Assembly: GCA_050230475.1 (NCBI GenBank)
Contig: JBFLGF010000022.1
Location: 62,001-111,248, forward strand
Reading direction: 5' to 3'
Source: Ancylonema sp.
Lineage: Eukaryota
DNA: 49,248 nucleotides
Shown piece by piece: positions 1-13,094 of the stretch. A program made the position numbers and the translations under genes. Below the pieces are notes generated by a model. It worked only from the letters and a program-made list of their open reading frames with translations, was not told where the DNA came from and ran no database searches. Positions within the stretch are counted from its first letter, which is position 1; every line of letters begins with the position of its first letter.

Positions 1-145
1 CTATTCTTATCGACATTGTGGCCAAACGTAATTATATCGACAAGTAATTCGGCCGGGATCGACAAAACGACAAAACTAAAACTTAATTTCTGAGAAAGCC
101 TAAAACCGATACTAACAAAAGTTTAGAGCCCTTAAAACACTAACA
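1..145 (-). repeat. 3' LTR (partial) of outer Copia
   Basis: Direct repeat of 19066-19216, preceded on the minus strand by the polypurine tract GGGAGGGGG (154-146). Confidence 0.9.
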
Positions 146-221
146 CCCCCTCCCTGTATACTTTGGTATCCCCCTCCAAAAACGATAAACATCGATATCG
201 ATTTTTCACACAGTGCTGCTA

Positions 222-2635
222 CTACTCATACACCAAAACAACAAGATCACAATTTGCTTTCAACACCTTGGCTGACACAACTTTTGTGAGCATGTCAACT
301 GCCTGCTCCTCACTCCTCACAAACTTCAAGTTAATTTTCTTATTTGCTACCCTCTCCTTGATTGAATGATATATGATTTCAATGTGTTTGGACCGTTTAT
401 GGAAGACACGATTTTTAGGCAACTTCAAAAAACTTTCATCGTCACCCAAAACACATGCCCTTGATTCAACAACAATCCCCAACTCTTGTTACATCTAATG
501 AAGATAGAGATCCTCATTGCCCACAGCACTCAACGCCAAGTATTCACTCTCACAACTGGAGTGGGTAACAGTGTCCAGTAAGGTGCTTTTCTAGTTGACC
601 GTTGCACCCCCACTTGTAAACACATAGGTAGCACGCCCCCTCCGAGTGTCACAATCATCGCCATGACTTTCATATGAGTAACCAAGAACTTGCAAAGATG
701 CTCTCTTCTGATACATGAGACCAAAACCAATCGTGCGTCGCAGATACCGCAAGAGCCTCTTAACCCCCTCCCATTGATGTTCTCCTGAATTTTGGTTGCA
801 TCTGTAAAGAGAATTGACTACAGCAGTCAGATCTGGGCGAGTCCCCGAACAAAGATAAAGAAGAGTGTCCATGGCAGATTTGTAGCCCACACCCTCAATA
901 ACTGCCCCTCAGCAGCATATCTCTTATTTGCGAAAAAACTTGACACCGATCTCAAGAGGAGTCGATGAATCGCACTCAAAAATGCCAAATTTTCCTAAAG
1001 CTTCTCGTGCATACTTTTCATGTCATAAGAAGACATTTCTATTCGCCTGCCTCCGGATTTCCAAACCTAGGAGTAAAGTTGTTCCTCCCAATTCCTTCAT
1101 GGTTTACCGCTCACCAAGGCCTGATTTCACACCACCGATGTTTTTGATCTCAACGTATAAAAGAAACAAGTCATTGACATATAGGGCCATATAAATGGCG
1201 TATGGGCCCTCTCCCAAGATGTACAACCCAAAAATTGACTCTGGACGGCGAAAACCCATCTCTCTTAGCACAACATCAATGTGCTGGTTCCACACCCTCG
1301 GCGCCTGTTTTATAAGTTGTACAAACATCTGACCAGCAACGATACTTTCCCTTCCTCTCCACGTTTGCAAGTGCCATTTGGAGCTTCCATTTTTTTTTTC
1401 CCCACAAGCGGAGCATATAGACGTAGTTACATCCATTTGATGCATATCTAAACCTTTTGAGGCCCCCACGGCAACCAGTTGACGGATACTTTCGAACCTG
1501 AATGTTAACAAAAAAAAGTATGATCATAATCCACGCCCTCATTCCGAGTAAAACCCTTTGCAACAACCCTGGCTTTGTACTTCTCAATAGTCCGAAATAC
1601 ACACTTAGATCCGAAAAACCCACTTAGATTTGACCACTTTCTTGCCCTTTGGCCTATTGGCAAGGCGAAAGACCTCATTTTCCTCTGAACTTCCCATCTT
1701 TGCATCCATTGCTGCTTGCCATTTGACTTTCTCTCAATTGTTTAGAGCTTCTTTGACTGTCTCAATAATTTTTGCACCCACTTCAATGCCTGCCACATAG
1801 GCTGCAACAAAGCGATCTGCAACAAAACTATTTCATATCTTTGTTCTCTCGTGCTAAACGTTGAACAAATTCTAATGGTGCTTGAACTGATCCTTAAATT
1901 TTCTCGTTTGCAAGATGTAACACAAAAAATTTATGAGTAGCGTCGTCGGGATACCACTTATCACAATCTTCCAGCAGATCTTAATCTATGGCATCGCCAC
2001 TAGAATCACTCACCAGCTCGGAAGAATCGTCAATCTGAGGAGGAGGGGGTTTTTCAAGTTGTGGCAAGAGACTTCCCACAACATCGGGAACCACTTCATC
2101 AATAGAAGGCCAAGTTCCATTGCGAGGATTATCAACAACACTACCACAAACACCCCCTCCGAGGGTAGCATCACTTATTGGCATCGATTTCGTCAACTCA
2201 AGATCTCGCCACTCCATTTTTGAAGCTCCTTGTGTTTCAAATAGCTTTCCCTTTTTGCCAATGTTCTAACCTCTCCACCAGCCACCACCGACAAATTCGT
2301 CGAAGTCAGCATGGACGTGACCGACGTTGTGCACCTGGTTTGTAGTTGGACCCCAAACTCTATGACAAAGACTCTCATAATTCGAGCCAACCAGCATCCA
2401 ACCCATGCCAGCGTTGCCATTTCCCCCCGTCGATCTCGTTTTTCAGTTGTGACATACACTTTGCCATACGTGTGAAGAGGACTGACGTATGGAGTGGTGC
2501 CAATCCACATTTCCTCTGGCGTTTTAGGAAAATTTGTCACGTGGCATCGGTTTCGGAGGTATGATGCATGAGAGATGGATTCAACTCAGAGGCCAGGAGG
2601 AAGTACCATATGCAAGAGCATGGAACGAGCTCCTT
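222..2635 (-). pseudogene. Copia pol remnant: integrase C-terminal part, RT, RNase H
   Basis: Frameshifted motifs: ARSMLL..LP...YLRNR...TPEEMW (INT); KYKARVVAKGF, HQMDVT, KQAPRVWN, LYVNDL (RT); TRPDL, VKRLLRYL, FHKRSKHIEIIYH...AVDMLTK (RNase H). Confidence 0.93.
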
Positions 2636-3088
2636 ATCTGAATCCTTTGCAATTCTGTGAATATTGCATCCCTTCTTACGCGACTTCGCAACGTGCTCGT
2701 CTTCCGACTCAGCCTGACATCCGTCAGCCAGCCGGTAAGATTGCAAATCATTCTTTGCAATCAGTGTGTGTGTATTTGATCTGATTCATCTGAATCTGTT
2801 GTTGACGCTCTTTCTGAGCCAGCTTGTTAATCGACTGTAATTTCTTACATCGATTCGCGGACGCTCTCTCGTTGAGCCAGCAAGCGTGCGTGTGTTAAAC
2901 ATCTGTCGATTTGGCCGCGTCCGCTCCGAACCGGCAATTTCATTTGTGTGTGTGTGTTTGTTGTTGCTCGCTCCGAGCCAGCATTTGTTGTTTACACCTG
3001 TCTGCTGACGCTCTTTCTGAGCCAGCATCTTTATCGACGCGCCGTCGATACTTTGCTTTTGCACCGAAAGTAACTCTTACGGCTGTTA
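2636..3088 (+). repeat. Internal fragment of the middle element's 5' LTR
   Basis: About 453 bp aligning to 15705-16161 with few differences; both ends abut truncated neighbours. Confidence 0.88.
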
Positions 3089-3197
3089 CGGCACGAAACT
3101 CTTGTATCGTTGATCATCAGTGATAGAGATCCTTTGCGTACGGTTCGTTTTGTCGCCCACCAAATCTCCTGCACGTCTAATCACTCACAAGCTTAAT

Positions 3198-3211
3198 GGT
3201 TATGGGCCCAC
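3198..3211 (+). promoter_or_regulatory. Primer binding site complementary to the anticodon arm of tRNA-iMet
   Basis: GGTTATGGGCCCAC is the reverse complement of GUGGGCCCAUAACC in plant tRNA-iMet and lies directly after the LTR end. Confidence 0.9.
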
Positions 3212-3453
3212 GTGCGGTCTAGTTTAGACGCCGTGTTGGTTAAGAACTACAGGCTCCACGCGATTCGCTGCGAAGATCTTTGAGAACGGTATATTGTCTG
3301 CCAGTGCGAGCAAATTTAGCCGTAGTTGTTAAGTGCTGCACGCAATTTCGACATTGCTGCAAGAAATCGAGCTGAGAGGTGCATTGCAGGAATTGCACTG
3401 AGAGCTGAAGCTGCGTGAGAATTCTCGTGAAATCCTACACAACTGTTGCCATA

Positions 3454-6400
3454 ATGTCGGATAAATCTCAAAAGCCAGTTTACTGGAACAGATTACACAA
3501 GATGGGCCTTCAAGGTCAAGTATGGGTTAGCAGATAAAAAGTTGCATCGTGTGGTCATGGATTGGGATAGCCTGCTGCGGGGGTGTCGTCCAGCTGTTAT
3601 TTTTCCATTGACCCCAGACAATGAGCTGCAACTTATTGCTGCTAGGGGGATCGACGTGGATGTCAAGAGAAGGACCAGGGAGCAGCTGATTTCCCAGGAG
3701 CTGCCACAGCTCGAGAAATGGGACGAGGAGAATCTGGCTGCAATGTCGTACATTGTGAAACATTTGGGTCCCTCGGAGCTGACGCACGTCACGGACTGCA
3801 CGACAGCTTCCGGGATGTGGGAGGCCCTGAAGACTTTCTACATGGTGCAGGGAGCGATCGAAATCGCCAACACTGAGGCGCTGCTGAGCGCCATAATTCA
3901 GGCGGAGGCTGAGGACCTCAACGTCTACGTGAAGCGGCTGCAGCAGATCCACCCAGGACCTAAAGAACCTAGGTGCGCCGGTGACGCCAATGAAATAGGC
4001 TATTAATCTGTTGAACTCCCTCAACACTCACTACAGCCCCATGTGTCGACGCTAATGCCGTGATCGGAGTCATCACCGCATCTTTTCACGATTCCGCACA
4101 TCGTGAGTGCGCTGCTGTGCGACGACGTCCGGAAAGAGTTGAATGAGCGGAAGAGGGGGGCGCTGCCAGGAGGTCACCACGCTAACTATGGTGGATCTGG
4201 AGGGGGTAGCGGAGCTGGAGGAAGCGGCACACCTGGTGGTGGGGGTGGAGCTGGTCGCAGAGACGCTGGAGGCGTCGAATGCTTCAACTGCCACCAATTC
4301 GGCCACATCGGGGCACACTGTAGTTCACCAGCCATTGGCGGAGGCCATGCCGGAGCTTGGAAATGCCACAGGTGCCACCATGCAAGCCATAGGGCTGCTC
4401 AGTGCCCTGCAGCATCGCCAGCAGCTGCGAATGTCGGACACGCACATCAGGGAAGTTCAGGGGGAAAGATTAAGTGCAGATATTGCAACAATCTTGGGCA
4501 TTCAATTGACAAACGTAGAAAACGTGCATCTGATCTGGCATTGATGAACCCAGAGGCTACTCGAAAGGCTGAAGCACAGGCTAGACTTGCTCGCTTTGCT
4601 AACACACTTTTCGATGCCAATGTGGATTATCTTGCTTTTGGTGCATTCTCATTTGATGTTGCCCGAGCTTTGTCTGCTGGTTCTCACAAAGAGTCTCTCA
4701 TCCTGGATTCAGGGGCTACTGACCACATTTTCACCGAGCGTGACCATTTCGTTGAGCACACCCCGACCCTGAGCACGCAAAGAGCCTTCATCACCACTGC
4801 TGACGGCTCGTCGCACAAGGTGGCAGGCACGGGTTTCGTGCACATCCGAGTCAAGAACGGCAGCTCGTTCCTCGTGCAGCCTCTCAACTCAATCCACGTC
4901 CCTACCTTTGCCTGCACCCTCGTGTCGACATCATGCCTCGTCAAAAGAGGTGGGCTGAGCTTGTTCCAGCTGCCCACGGGTCTATAATTGAAAAAGGGGG
5001 ATGTGAAATGGGCTGATGTAGTTGAACAGCCTAGTGGTCTCACTTTGCTAGCTGCTACCATCATCATGCCTGGGTCTCACAATACCACAGCAAACTTATC
5101 CACAGGCATGATCTGGCATCACAAACTGGGTCACCCTGGTGCTGATGTAATTGTCAGATTTTGTCAGACGTGGGGACAATCCCTAAGTGTTAAGTTCAAA
5201 TGAATTAGCTGAGGTCAAGGGTTGTCAGGTTGCTGTCAGGGAAAAATGAGTCAGTTGAGTCACGCCAAGGCCAGCGAAGATCTGGGGGACATGCCCCAAG
5301 ATGGGACGCATTCACCTGGATCTGATTGGACCTCTTTCTGTTTAGGTCTGCTAATGGTGCTTTCACATATGCACAGACAGGGATTGAGGTGTCCACACGT
5401 CTGTCATTCGTCAGTCTACTGAAAACAAAAGATGAAGCACTGGACCGAGCAAAGGTCACTATACAGTTGCTCGAGGTACAGTCAGGGGGGTTGCCACTAC
5501 AGTCTATCAGGAGAGACAAGGGTGGGGAGTATGTGTCTCAGGACTGGATGAACTACTGTGGGGGGAAGGGTATTGATAAACAAACCACATATGCATACAG
5601 TCTTGAGCAAAATGGCATATGTGAGAGATTAAACATAACTTTGACAGAAAAGATGCGTTGTATACTGATTTGGTCAGGTTTACCGAAGTCTTATTGGGAT
5701 GTCGCACTCTTGCATGCAAACTGGTTGAGAAACAGAACACCAACTAAGTCGCTCGCTGGCAAAATACCCATTGAAGTCTGGGAGGGGAAGAAGCTGAAAA
5801 TGAACAAAAGTCATAACTTTGGATGTCTGCTGCAATACTTAAAGGTTGGGGCGGAAAAGAGCAAGCAGGGGGACAAGTTTGCCCCTCGCACTTGCTTTGG
5901 TGTGTTTTGGGGGATGGTTGCGGGGAGTGCAGGCTACAACGTGTTTGACCCACATCGGGCGGGGGTGATAGCACGCACAGACGTGCGGTTCTTCGAGGAG
6001 GTGCCGGGGTACCCGAAACTGATGGGGGGGAGAGCTCCCCAGGTTGAGGCTAAAGCAGAGAAACATTTCTTCTATCTGTTCCCCGACACCACCGAAGATG
6101 AACCCCCAGCAGCACTTGTGCCAGCAGCGGCAGTTCCTCCCATCATGCCAGCAGTCGTGCCACAAATGCCAGCACCAACAGTTCTAGCAGCCCCAGCGCT
6201 AGCATCTGCCAACAATCCCGCGCACGTACACTTCCAGCCACAAGCTGCTGAGGTCCCCATTGATGCGATTGAGCTGTCTGACAGCCAGTCAGGGATCAAC
6301 AATGCAGGAGGTAGAGATGGAGGGGAGGAGGAGGTGCAAGGAGGGGGTGCGAACCCAGGAGTGGGGGAGCCAGGCAGCATAGCTGAGCGGGTGATGACCA

Positions 6401-8075
6401 GGCGGAGGGCCAACTTTGCGCAGTATGGAGACATTCTGTGATGCGATGGGGAGGAGTTTGACGACGAGGCACACGCCAACTACTCAGCGACTGAGTGGGA
6501 GCCTAGTTGTTTCTTCACTGGCTTCAACGGTCCTGTAGATCCTGGCTACGCCTACGTCGCATTATCCAACAAATCCTCCGAGCCACTCACCCTCAACCAT
6601 ACCATGTGGAGGCCAGACTAGAACCAGTGGGACAGAGCCATCATTGAAGAGCTTGCTGCCCTGGAGACGTTCAACACCTTCGAGGTGTGTGTTCTTCCTC
6701 CAGGTAAAAAGGCTGTGGGGTATCGATATGTATTTAAAGTCAAAATTACACCTAAGGGGGAAATTGAAAGATATAAAGTCAGACAGGGATTTTTACAGCA
6801 AGAAGTAATTGACTATAATGAAGTATTTGCACCATTTATTGACAGTACATCTATCACCTTACTCCTCGCTATAGCAAACCATTTTGAGTGGGAACTGGAA
6901 CAGATGGACGTAATCACAGCGTTCCTGCATGGACGTCTGGAAAAAGAAGTATATATGAAAATACCACCGCGTATGTATATTAAAGGGGGTGCTCAGGGAA
7001 AGGTCTTACGACTGAAGGGTGCTTTGTACGGACTGAAACAGAATAGCCACGTCTGGCAGGAAATATTCAGAAAATTTATGATATCTGAAGGGTTTAAACA
7101 ATGTGTCATGGATACTTGCATATACATGAGGGAAGAGGGGGACAGCAGAATCATAGAGGGCATTCATGTAGATAATCAGGTCATCACAGGTCCTAACGCA
7201 ATGGTGGTCAAAACATTTAAAGGGGACATGGGTAAAAAGTTCAAGGTCAAGGATCTGGGTCCCCTAACCCATATCCTGGGGGTGGAAGTGAAACAGACAA
7301 AGAAAACTGCTCACACTGGGACAGTCAGGATTCTGAAGGGGGGTGCTTGAAAGGTACGGAATGCACGAATGTAACCCAACAAAACTCCCACTCGCCCCTG
7401 GCACACAATTTACGCAAGATGATGAACCAAACCTTCCCCCTACCCCTGAAGAAATAACAGACCTTCGAGGAAAAGTAGGATCTCTCATTTACGCCATGAA
7501 ACAAACCAGACTGGACATCGCATATGCACTAGGGGTACTGGCTAAACACATGATGGGGTCGCACACATAAGGGCTAAGGGCTTTGCTGCATCAACTATTT
7601 AGATACCTAAAAGGGACTGTCAACCACGGACTGACGTTTGTGGGAAAAGACAGCTTTGAAGTTAAGGGTTACTGCGATGCATCTTAGAACAGCTGCAGCA
7701 TGACAAGAAAGTCAGTCACAGTATGGGTAACCACGGTTGGGGGGACAGCACTGAGTTGGAAGTCACAAAAACAGTCTACCGTTGCACAGAGCACTGCTGA
7801 GGCTGAATATATAGATGCCTGTAGTGTATCTAAGGAATGCTGCTATCTAAAGTCTCTCTTGAAAGAACTCAAGTCAAACCAAATAACTATCCACACTGAT
7901 TCCACATCCGCTCTCTCTATGATCCAGAACCCTGTACAAAGACAGAAAGCCAAATATTTTAATGTCGTGTACCACTAGGTACGGGAATGCCACAACACTG
8001 GGAGACTCAAGTATGTGTACCTTGCAGGGGAAAATCAACCAGCAGATATGCTAACCAAAGCTCTCCCACAGGGTT
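3454..8075 (+). pseudogene. Copia gag-pol with several stops and frameshifts
   Basis: Zinc knuckles CFNCHQFGHIGAHC, CHRCHHASHRAAQC, CRYCNNLGHSIDKR; protease LILDSGATDH; WHHKLGHP; integrase IRRDKGGEY, EQNGICERLN; RT QMDVITAFLHG, LYGLKQ, IHVDNQ; RNase H GYCDAS, STAEAEY, ADMLTKAL. Confidence 0.96.
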
Positions 8076-8805
8076 TTACTGGACAGACACACCAAAAGTC
8101 TAGGTTTTGGAAGGTTGTACTGAACTGGGGGTGTCAGTCTTTTCTTTTATTTTATTCTGGGAGGTTTTCGAATGCCATGCATGTTGGCAGGGGGTGTGTT
8201 TTGTGTTTCTTTCATGCAGACGTACACATGGGGAGGGTACAACAACTTCAGCCCATCCAGCTAAGTCACACTCTTGCCTTAATACCTCGTGAAAAACACT
8301 TAAGGACTTAAGGACAGATCAGAAAGTGCAGATCTGCTCAGTTTAATTGTCAGTTTGCGCTGAATTTTAGATATGTTTCCATGTATGTTGCAAAACTTGT
8401 GTCAAAATTTGGTGGTGATAGGTTTGGTACTTTTGAAGTTATGCTGTTTTGAAATTTCCAGACTGGAAAGTACAAAATATAAAAGGTGAAAAAGTCATTT
8501 TTTTTTTCTTAAGTTTGTGTTTTTCGCCTAACTTGTGGTATCTGTTTGTTTGTTCTGGGATTGGGCCCGAAAAACGACTAAGGTGCGGGAGCGATCGGCT
8601 GCAACACTTCCGATCGGCTGCGTTCGTAGATAGGCCCCCCTAGCACGCTTGTATGCAGATAGGCCCCCACCTAGCACGCTTGTATGCTAGGGAAGACCAC
8701 ACTACTTTATAGGCTATGCAATGGTTCTGCCATGACTTAGCCGTAACTAGGGTAGTCCCTTGGATGTCCACATCTATGCCAACTTTAGCATGGCATCCGA
8801 GGGGG

Positions 8806-9250
8806 TGTGTAGAAATATTTGGATAGCCATGCCTTATGCTTTCTAGTCCAGTTGTGACCGGTTACTCTAACCGGGCGCCATATTCCTAGATGTGCTTGTA
8901 TGCGGGGCCGGGCACGATTGTGTCCGGGCACCTGATCTGGTCACGCTTGATGTCGACACTTAGAGTCGTTAATAGCGGTTGGCATGCTTGACGTGTCTTG
9001 ATTGGTTTGATCTAGTCATGTCAGGAGTGTCCGGCATGTGCCGTTGACACATAGATGAGTTGTCACTCAAGGATAGGCCGACACAACGATCCGAAGCGCA
9101 TCGGGTATTACCATCCCCGATGCGATCACAATAATTAATTCGTTCCGCACACGCAACTCTCGTTGATCATCAGTGATAGAGATCCTTTGCGTACGGTTCG
9201 TTTTGTCGCCCACCAAATCTCCTGCACGTCTAATCACTCAAAAGCTTATA
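8806..9250 (+). repeat. 3' LTR of inner Copia (~445 bp)
   Basis: Starts TG after the PPT; last ~90 bp match the surviving 5' LTR stub. Confidence 0.85.
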
Positions 9251-11690
9251 CCTAGTACCCTTCTTGATAACGAATCTACAACCCAAGTAGAATTAAAATT
9301 TGAACCCAACAAATTGACACGTTCTACATCTGAACCACAAGATTCTTTGGGACGCCTACCTACAGGCTCCATTAACTTGAAACCTGTTTTGATTATTGAC
9401 AGAGACGACCACATTGTCGACACCACAACACCTGTGGCTGGACCATCGACCACTGTTCCCACTACAACGCCACCAAGCGCTGCAACAACATCCATTTATC
9501 GACACAAGATAAAAGGTGGGACAGACTCTACCATGGCCAACCCAACGCCACTACCGACATATACTGGAGAAACTGGTGTCAAACAAGACGAGTTCATCGA
9601 TAGTTTGAGACAGTTAGACCGAACTCAACAACGCGCACAGCGTATGGGGCATGTACACTGGGACTGAGTACTTGCAGCAGGTCAGTATATGAAGGCAGAA
9701 GCTCATCGAGAATGGCAACAGTTTGTACGTGACAACCGTGGTACTACTACTACGGAAGATATTCGAGATATGTACCGCGAACATAATTCCAATGTCGCAT
9801 ATTATCGTCTGCAAGGTAGATTGGATGGACAGCATGCACCGATCAAACCCACGGCATCGGCAACAGAACCAACAAAACTGGAACTGTTCATAACTACCAT
9901 CAAAAGTCGTTTTCAAACTTCAGCTGCAGAATTTGTCACTTAGATCGAAACATTTTCAGCACGACTCAATGACAGCGTTGCAACCACATTTGCACGTTTT
10001 AACGAACCCACAAAAAAATTTCAATAGGCAGGAGCCATGACAAAAGAACAACTGGCTAGGAGGTATCTACCACATAAGGTATCTACCACATATTCCTCTA
10101 CCACTACAGCCCTATATCAACGACTGGCATTTCCGTGAATCAGAGGAAAGGTATTACAAGAATCCACCGGATCCTCCTATCCCACGGAAGGAGATTATGG
10201 AGAAAGCCAACAAGGCTGAATTACTATTGAGAACCGCGCAACTGGGATCACCAGATCTCCTAAACTACCTTCATACACTCCATCTACTCCATACAATGCT
10301 CCTAAACCAACAGGCGTATTGACACCACGACAAGATAACAACATGGAATGCTATAACTGTCATCAGACCGGACACCTTTCGCGTGACTGTCCTGCACCAA
10401 GGAAACACAACTTCCAGTCATCAGGTTACCGGTAGTCTGATAAAACTTCCAAAACCAACCAATCCTCAAGACCACAGTTCGAGGGAGGTGCGTACGGTAC
10501 TAAAAACAGACAATCTTTCAAACCACGACCTCGCCAGTTTGATGCAAAACAGTACACCGCTGATGCATTCTGTGAATATTACAAAGAGAAACACCACACC
10601 CGAGACCAATGTCAGAAACTTGCCAAGGCATAAAACTTTCTAACTCTCAATACACCACCCAGTGCAAATACCCAACCCAAACAAATTGGGTGGAAAACTC
10701 TTGAGATGTAGACAAGTTACCTGGCTATGCAAGTAGACGACTTGGCACGCCAACGCGAATTCGAGAACATGTCGCACCAAACAACAGACTCCGAGGTAAT
10801 TGACCATACCATTCCAGGTCAATACCTCATGTCCACCAAACGTTCACCACGGGTGGATGCAAAAGAGAAGAAGAAACACGCGGCCATTCAGAAACATACT
10901 CAAACTCAAACAAACTCATTTCATGTTTCTGTGGTCACTCTCAGCTCTTATGCAGTATCACCATCTGAATCCACCACAGATTATCACACTCCACCTGTTG
11001 ATACACCTGTGGCTGAAACGCAAGTACCACCCTTGCCTGAAACTACACCAATTCATTATCAATCTGATACTGAACCAAGTAGTTCTACCACTCCATACCC
11101 AGAGCCCCATCGAGAGACATTGCTTGAACAACGAACAAGAGAGGGGCAGGATAACGGTCGCAGACAAGAATACTGTACAAAAATGCAAGACTTATTTGTA
11201 CCTGATTTTCCTAACATTTTAGAAGGTGGCACTACAAACATGAACCAGTTCCATGATACTGCTGCCCCTCCACCCATGCCTCTACCACAGGCACAAGCTC
11301 TTCATGACATGCTTCATGATCATGTCAATGTTTTGCGTGCACAACTGCAGATCGCAAAAAAGGCACGAGACAACGCGGCTGCACTTGTCAGCTCCATGCA
11401 AGAACTTGCAGCCCAATACACCACCAGTCAGGATTTCACCACTACTTCACCACGCAACTCTCAGGACACCAAACATGGTATTGCACTCCTTCGCAACAAC
11501 CGTGGGGTGTTAACTATCATGAATGAGAAACCAAACAAGGTGGTAGTCGATAGTGGTGCCATCAAAACCATGATTGGCAGAATCATGGCATCCAAACTTG
11601 GAATCACACCAAAATAACATGTTGAAACCTAGGACACCATATATCACCGCATCTGGTGCTCAAGAAATAAGTCTCGGTTCAACCACCGGT
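9251..11690 (+). pseudogene. gag and N-terminal half of aspartic protease of the middle element
   Basis: Capsid-like LPTYTGE...DEFID, zinc knuckle CYNCHQTGHLSRDC (10349-10390), protease VVVDSGA (DSG 11549-11557) and flap-like YITASG; stops and frameshifts throughout. Confidence 0.82.
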
Positions 11691-11694
11691 CAAA

Positions 11695-12560
11695 GTGGCA
11701 GCAGGTGATTATGAGGATAACTATCCCCTTACACCTGGCTCCAAACGCATTGACCCTCCACCTGAGTTCACAACGGACTATGGGGAATTACAAACAACTG
11801 CGGATACACCTCACCAATCAGTAGTACGCAAACGACTGTATGCTGAAATCGAGGACAAAATCAAGCGCAAGTGCATTCGTGCAACACTTGAACAAGGAGA
11901 GTTTATAGATTCAACCAACCCATCTCATATCGCAGCAGTGTGTGTCATACATTCATTCGCGCTGTTGGATTTGAAGAAACTCCTACTCCTATGAAATTGG
12001 ATACATCAACCATTCCATCCTCAAACATTCCAACCAATCCCACATCACCGCAACATTTTCCACCTGACAATCAGTTCATTTCAACCATTCCTTATGATAC
12101 AGACCTTTCTCGAGAGGACAACGACACCTTCGAACCAGATGAGCTACACGAGCTCACGGAGGACGAATTGCGAGATCGTTACCACACTATGATCTCGCTA
12201 CAGAAACGTTTTCAGGCAGTCGCATTCAAAATGGCAAAAACAAAAGCAGAGGCAACGATTAAACGCAAAATCGCACAACTCATCAAGGAACAAGAATTGA
12301 TGCTTATTTGCAAGGCTGAGCAAGCAGAACTCGACATTGCCACAGCTCGGGAGGAGGAACATAGCAAATGGATCCAGCAATATGATCTTCTAGTGGACAA
12401 CCTGCATTCCAAATCGGAAGACAAGATGCAGGACCTGGTCAAACTTCACGCCACGCAACTCCAGGAAGTTCGCCAAGAAGCTGCTCGTCTGGACCAGAGG
12501 CTGCAGATGGAAATCGGCAAGAATGTGTTGCGAGGAGAACAGTCATCGTTCCTCGTTCCT
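11695..12560 (+). pseudogene. Uncharacterised acidic/coiled-coil coding segment of the middle element
   Basis: Two consecutive ORFs (11695-11994, 11940-12668) with a helical E/K/Q/L-rich run (AEATIKRKIAQLIKEQE...QEVRQEAARLDQRLQME). Confidence 0.5.
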
Positions 12561-13094
12561 CACCTACCAGCTCCGCACCCTCAACATCCATCAGTCCTAC
12601 ACCCTCCCCTGCTGCAATCGCCCCTACTTCCACTAAGGGTGATACCATGGACACCTCGGAGGTCATAAAACCTCCTACGATTGCGGCGCGCAAACGAGAG
12701 GCATATTCCACTCAACCACTGTCCCCGAGTGAAGTACGACCCGCGACAAGTACGCACAAACACCTGCGTGTCAGATTTTACCTTCCGCCAACCAGTCGTT
12801 CGACCGGCTATGGCACACCTTCTCAACATGGGTGCCATACCGAAGGCCTTCTTCGGAGCAGATCGCAACAAATTGGTAGATTCCATCTACGCGCCAAGTA
12901 TCCTGCATTACGGAGACGCTCACTACCAAACCATTAGGCGAAATGGCCAAATTCATCTGCGGGAGGCACATCTCAAAATGCAGCATGACTACCGACCACT
13001 CCCACCATCACTCAAATGGTGTGGTCCTACATTTCAAGATGCATACGATTTTTCCCGCACCATCATCTCCACGCAGCCAGCTTTTGAGGCTCGT

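Larger units (their letters stand above)
3091..9250 (+). mobile_element. Inner Ty1/Copia retrotransposon with half-tRNA-iMet PBS; 5' LTR truncated
   Basis: 3107-3195 matches 9160-9248 with 1 mismatch. PBS GGTTATGGGCCCAC; full domain order gag-PR-INT-RT-RH; PPT GAGGGGG at 8799-8805. Confidence 0.95.
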
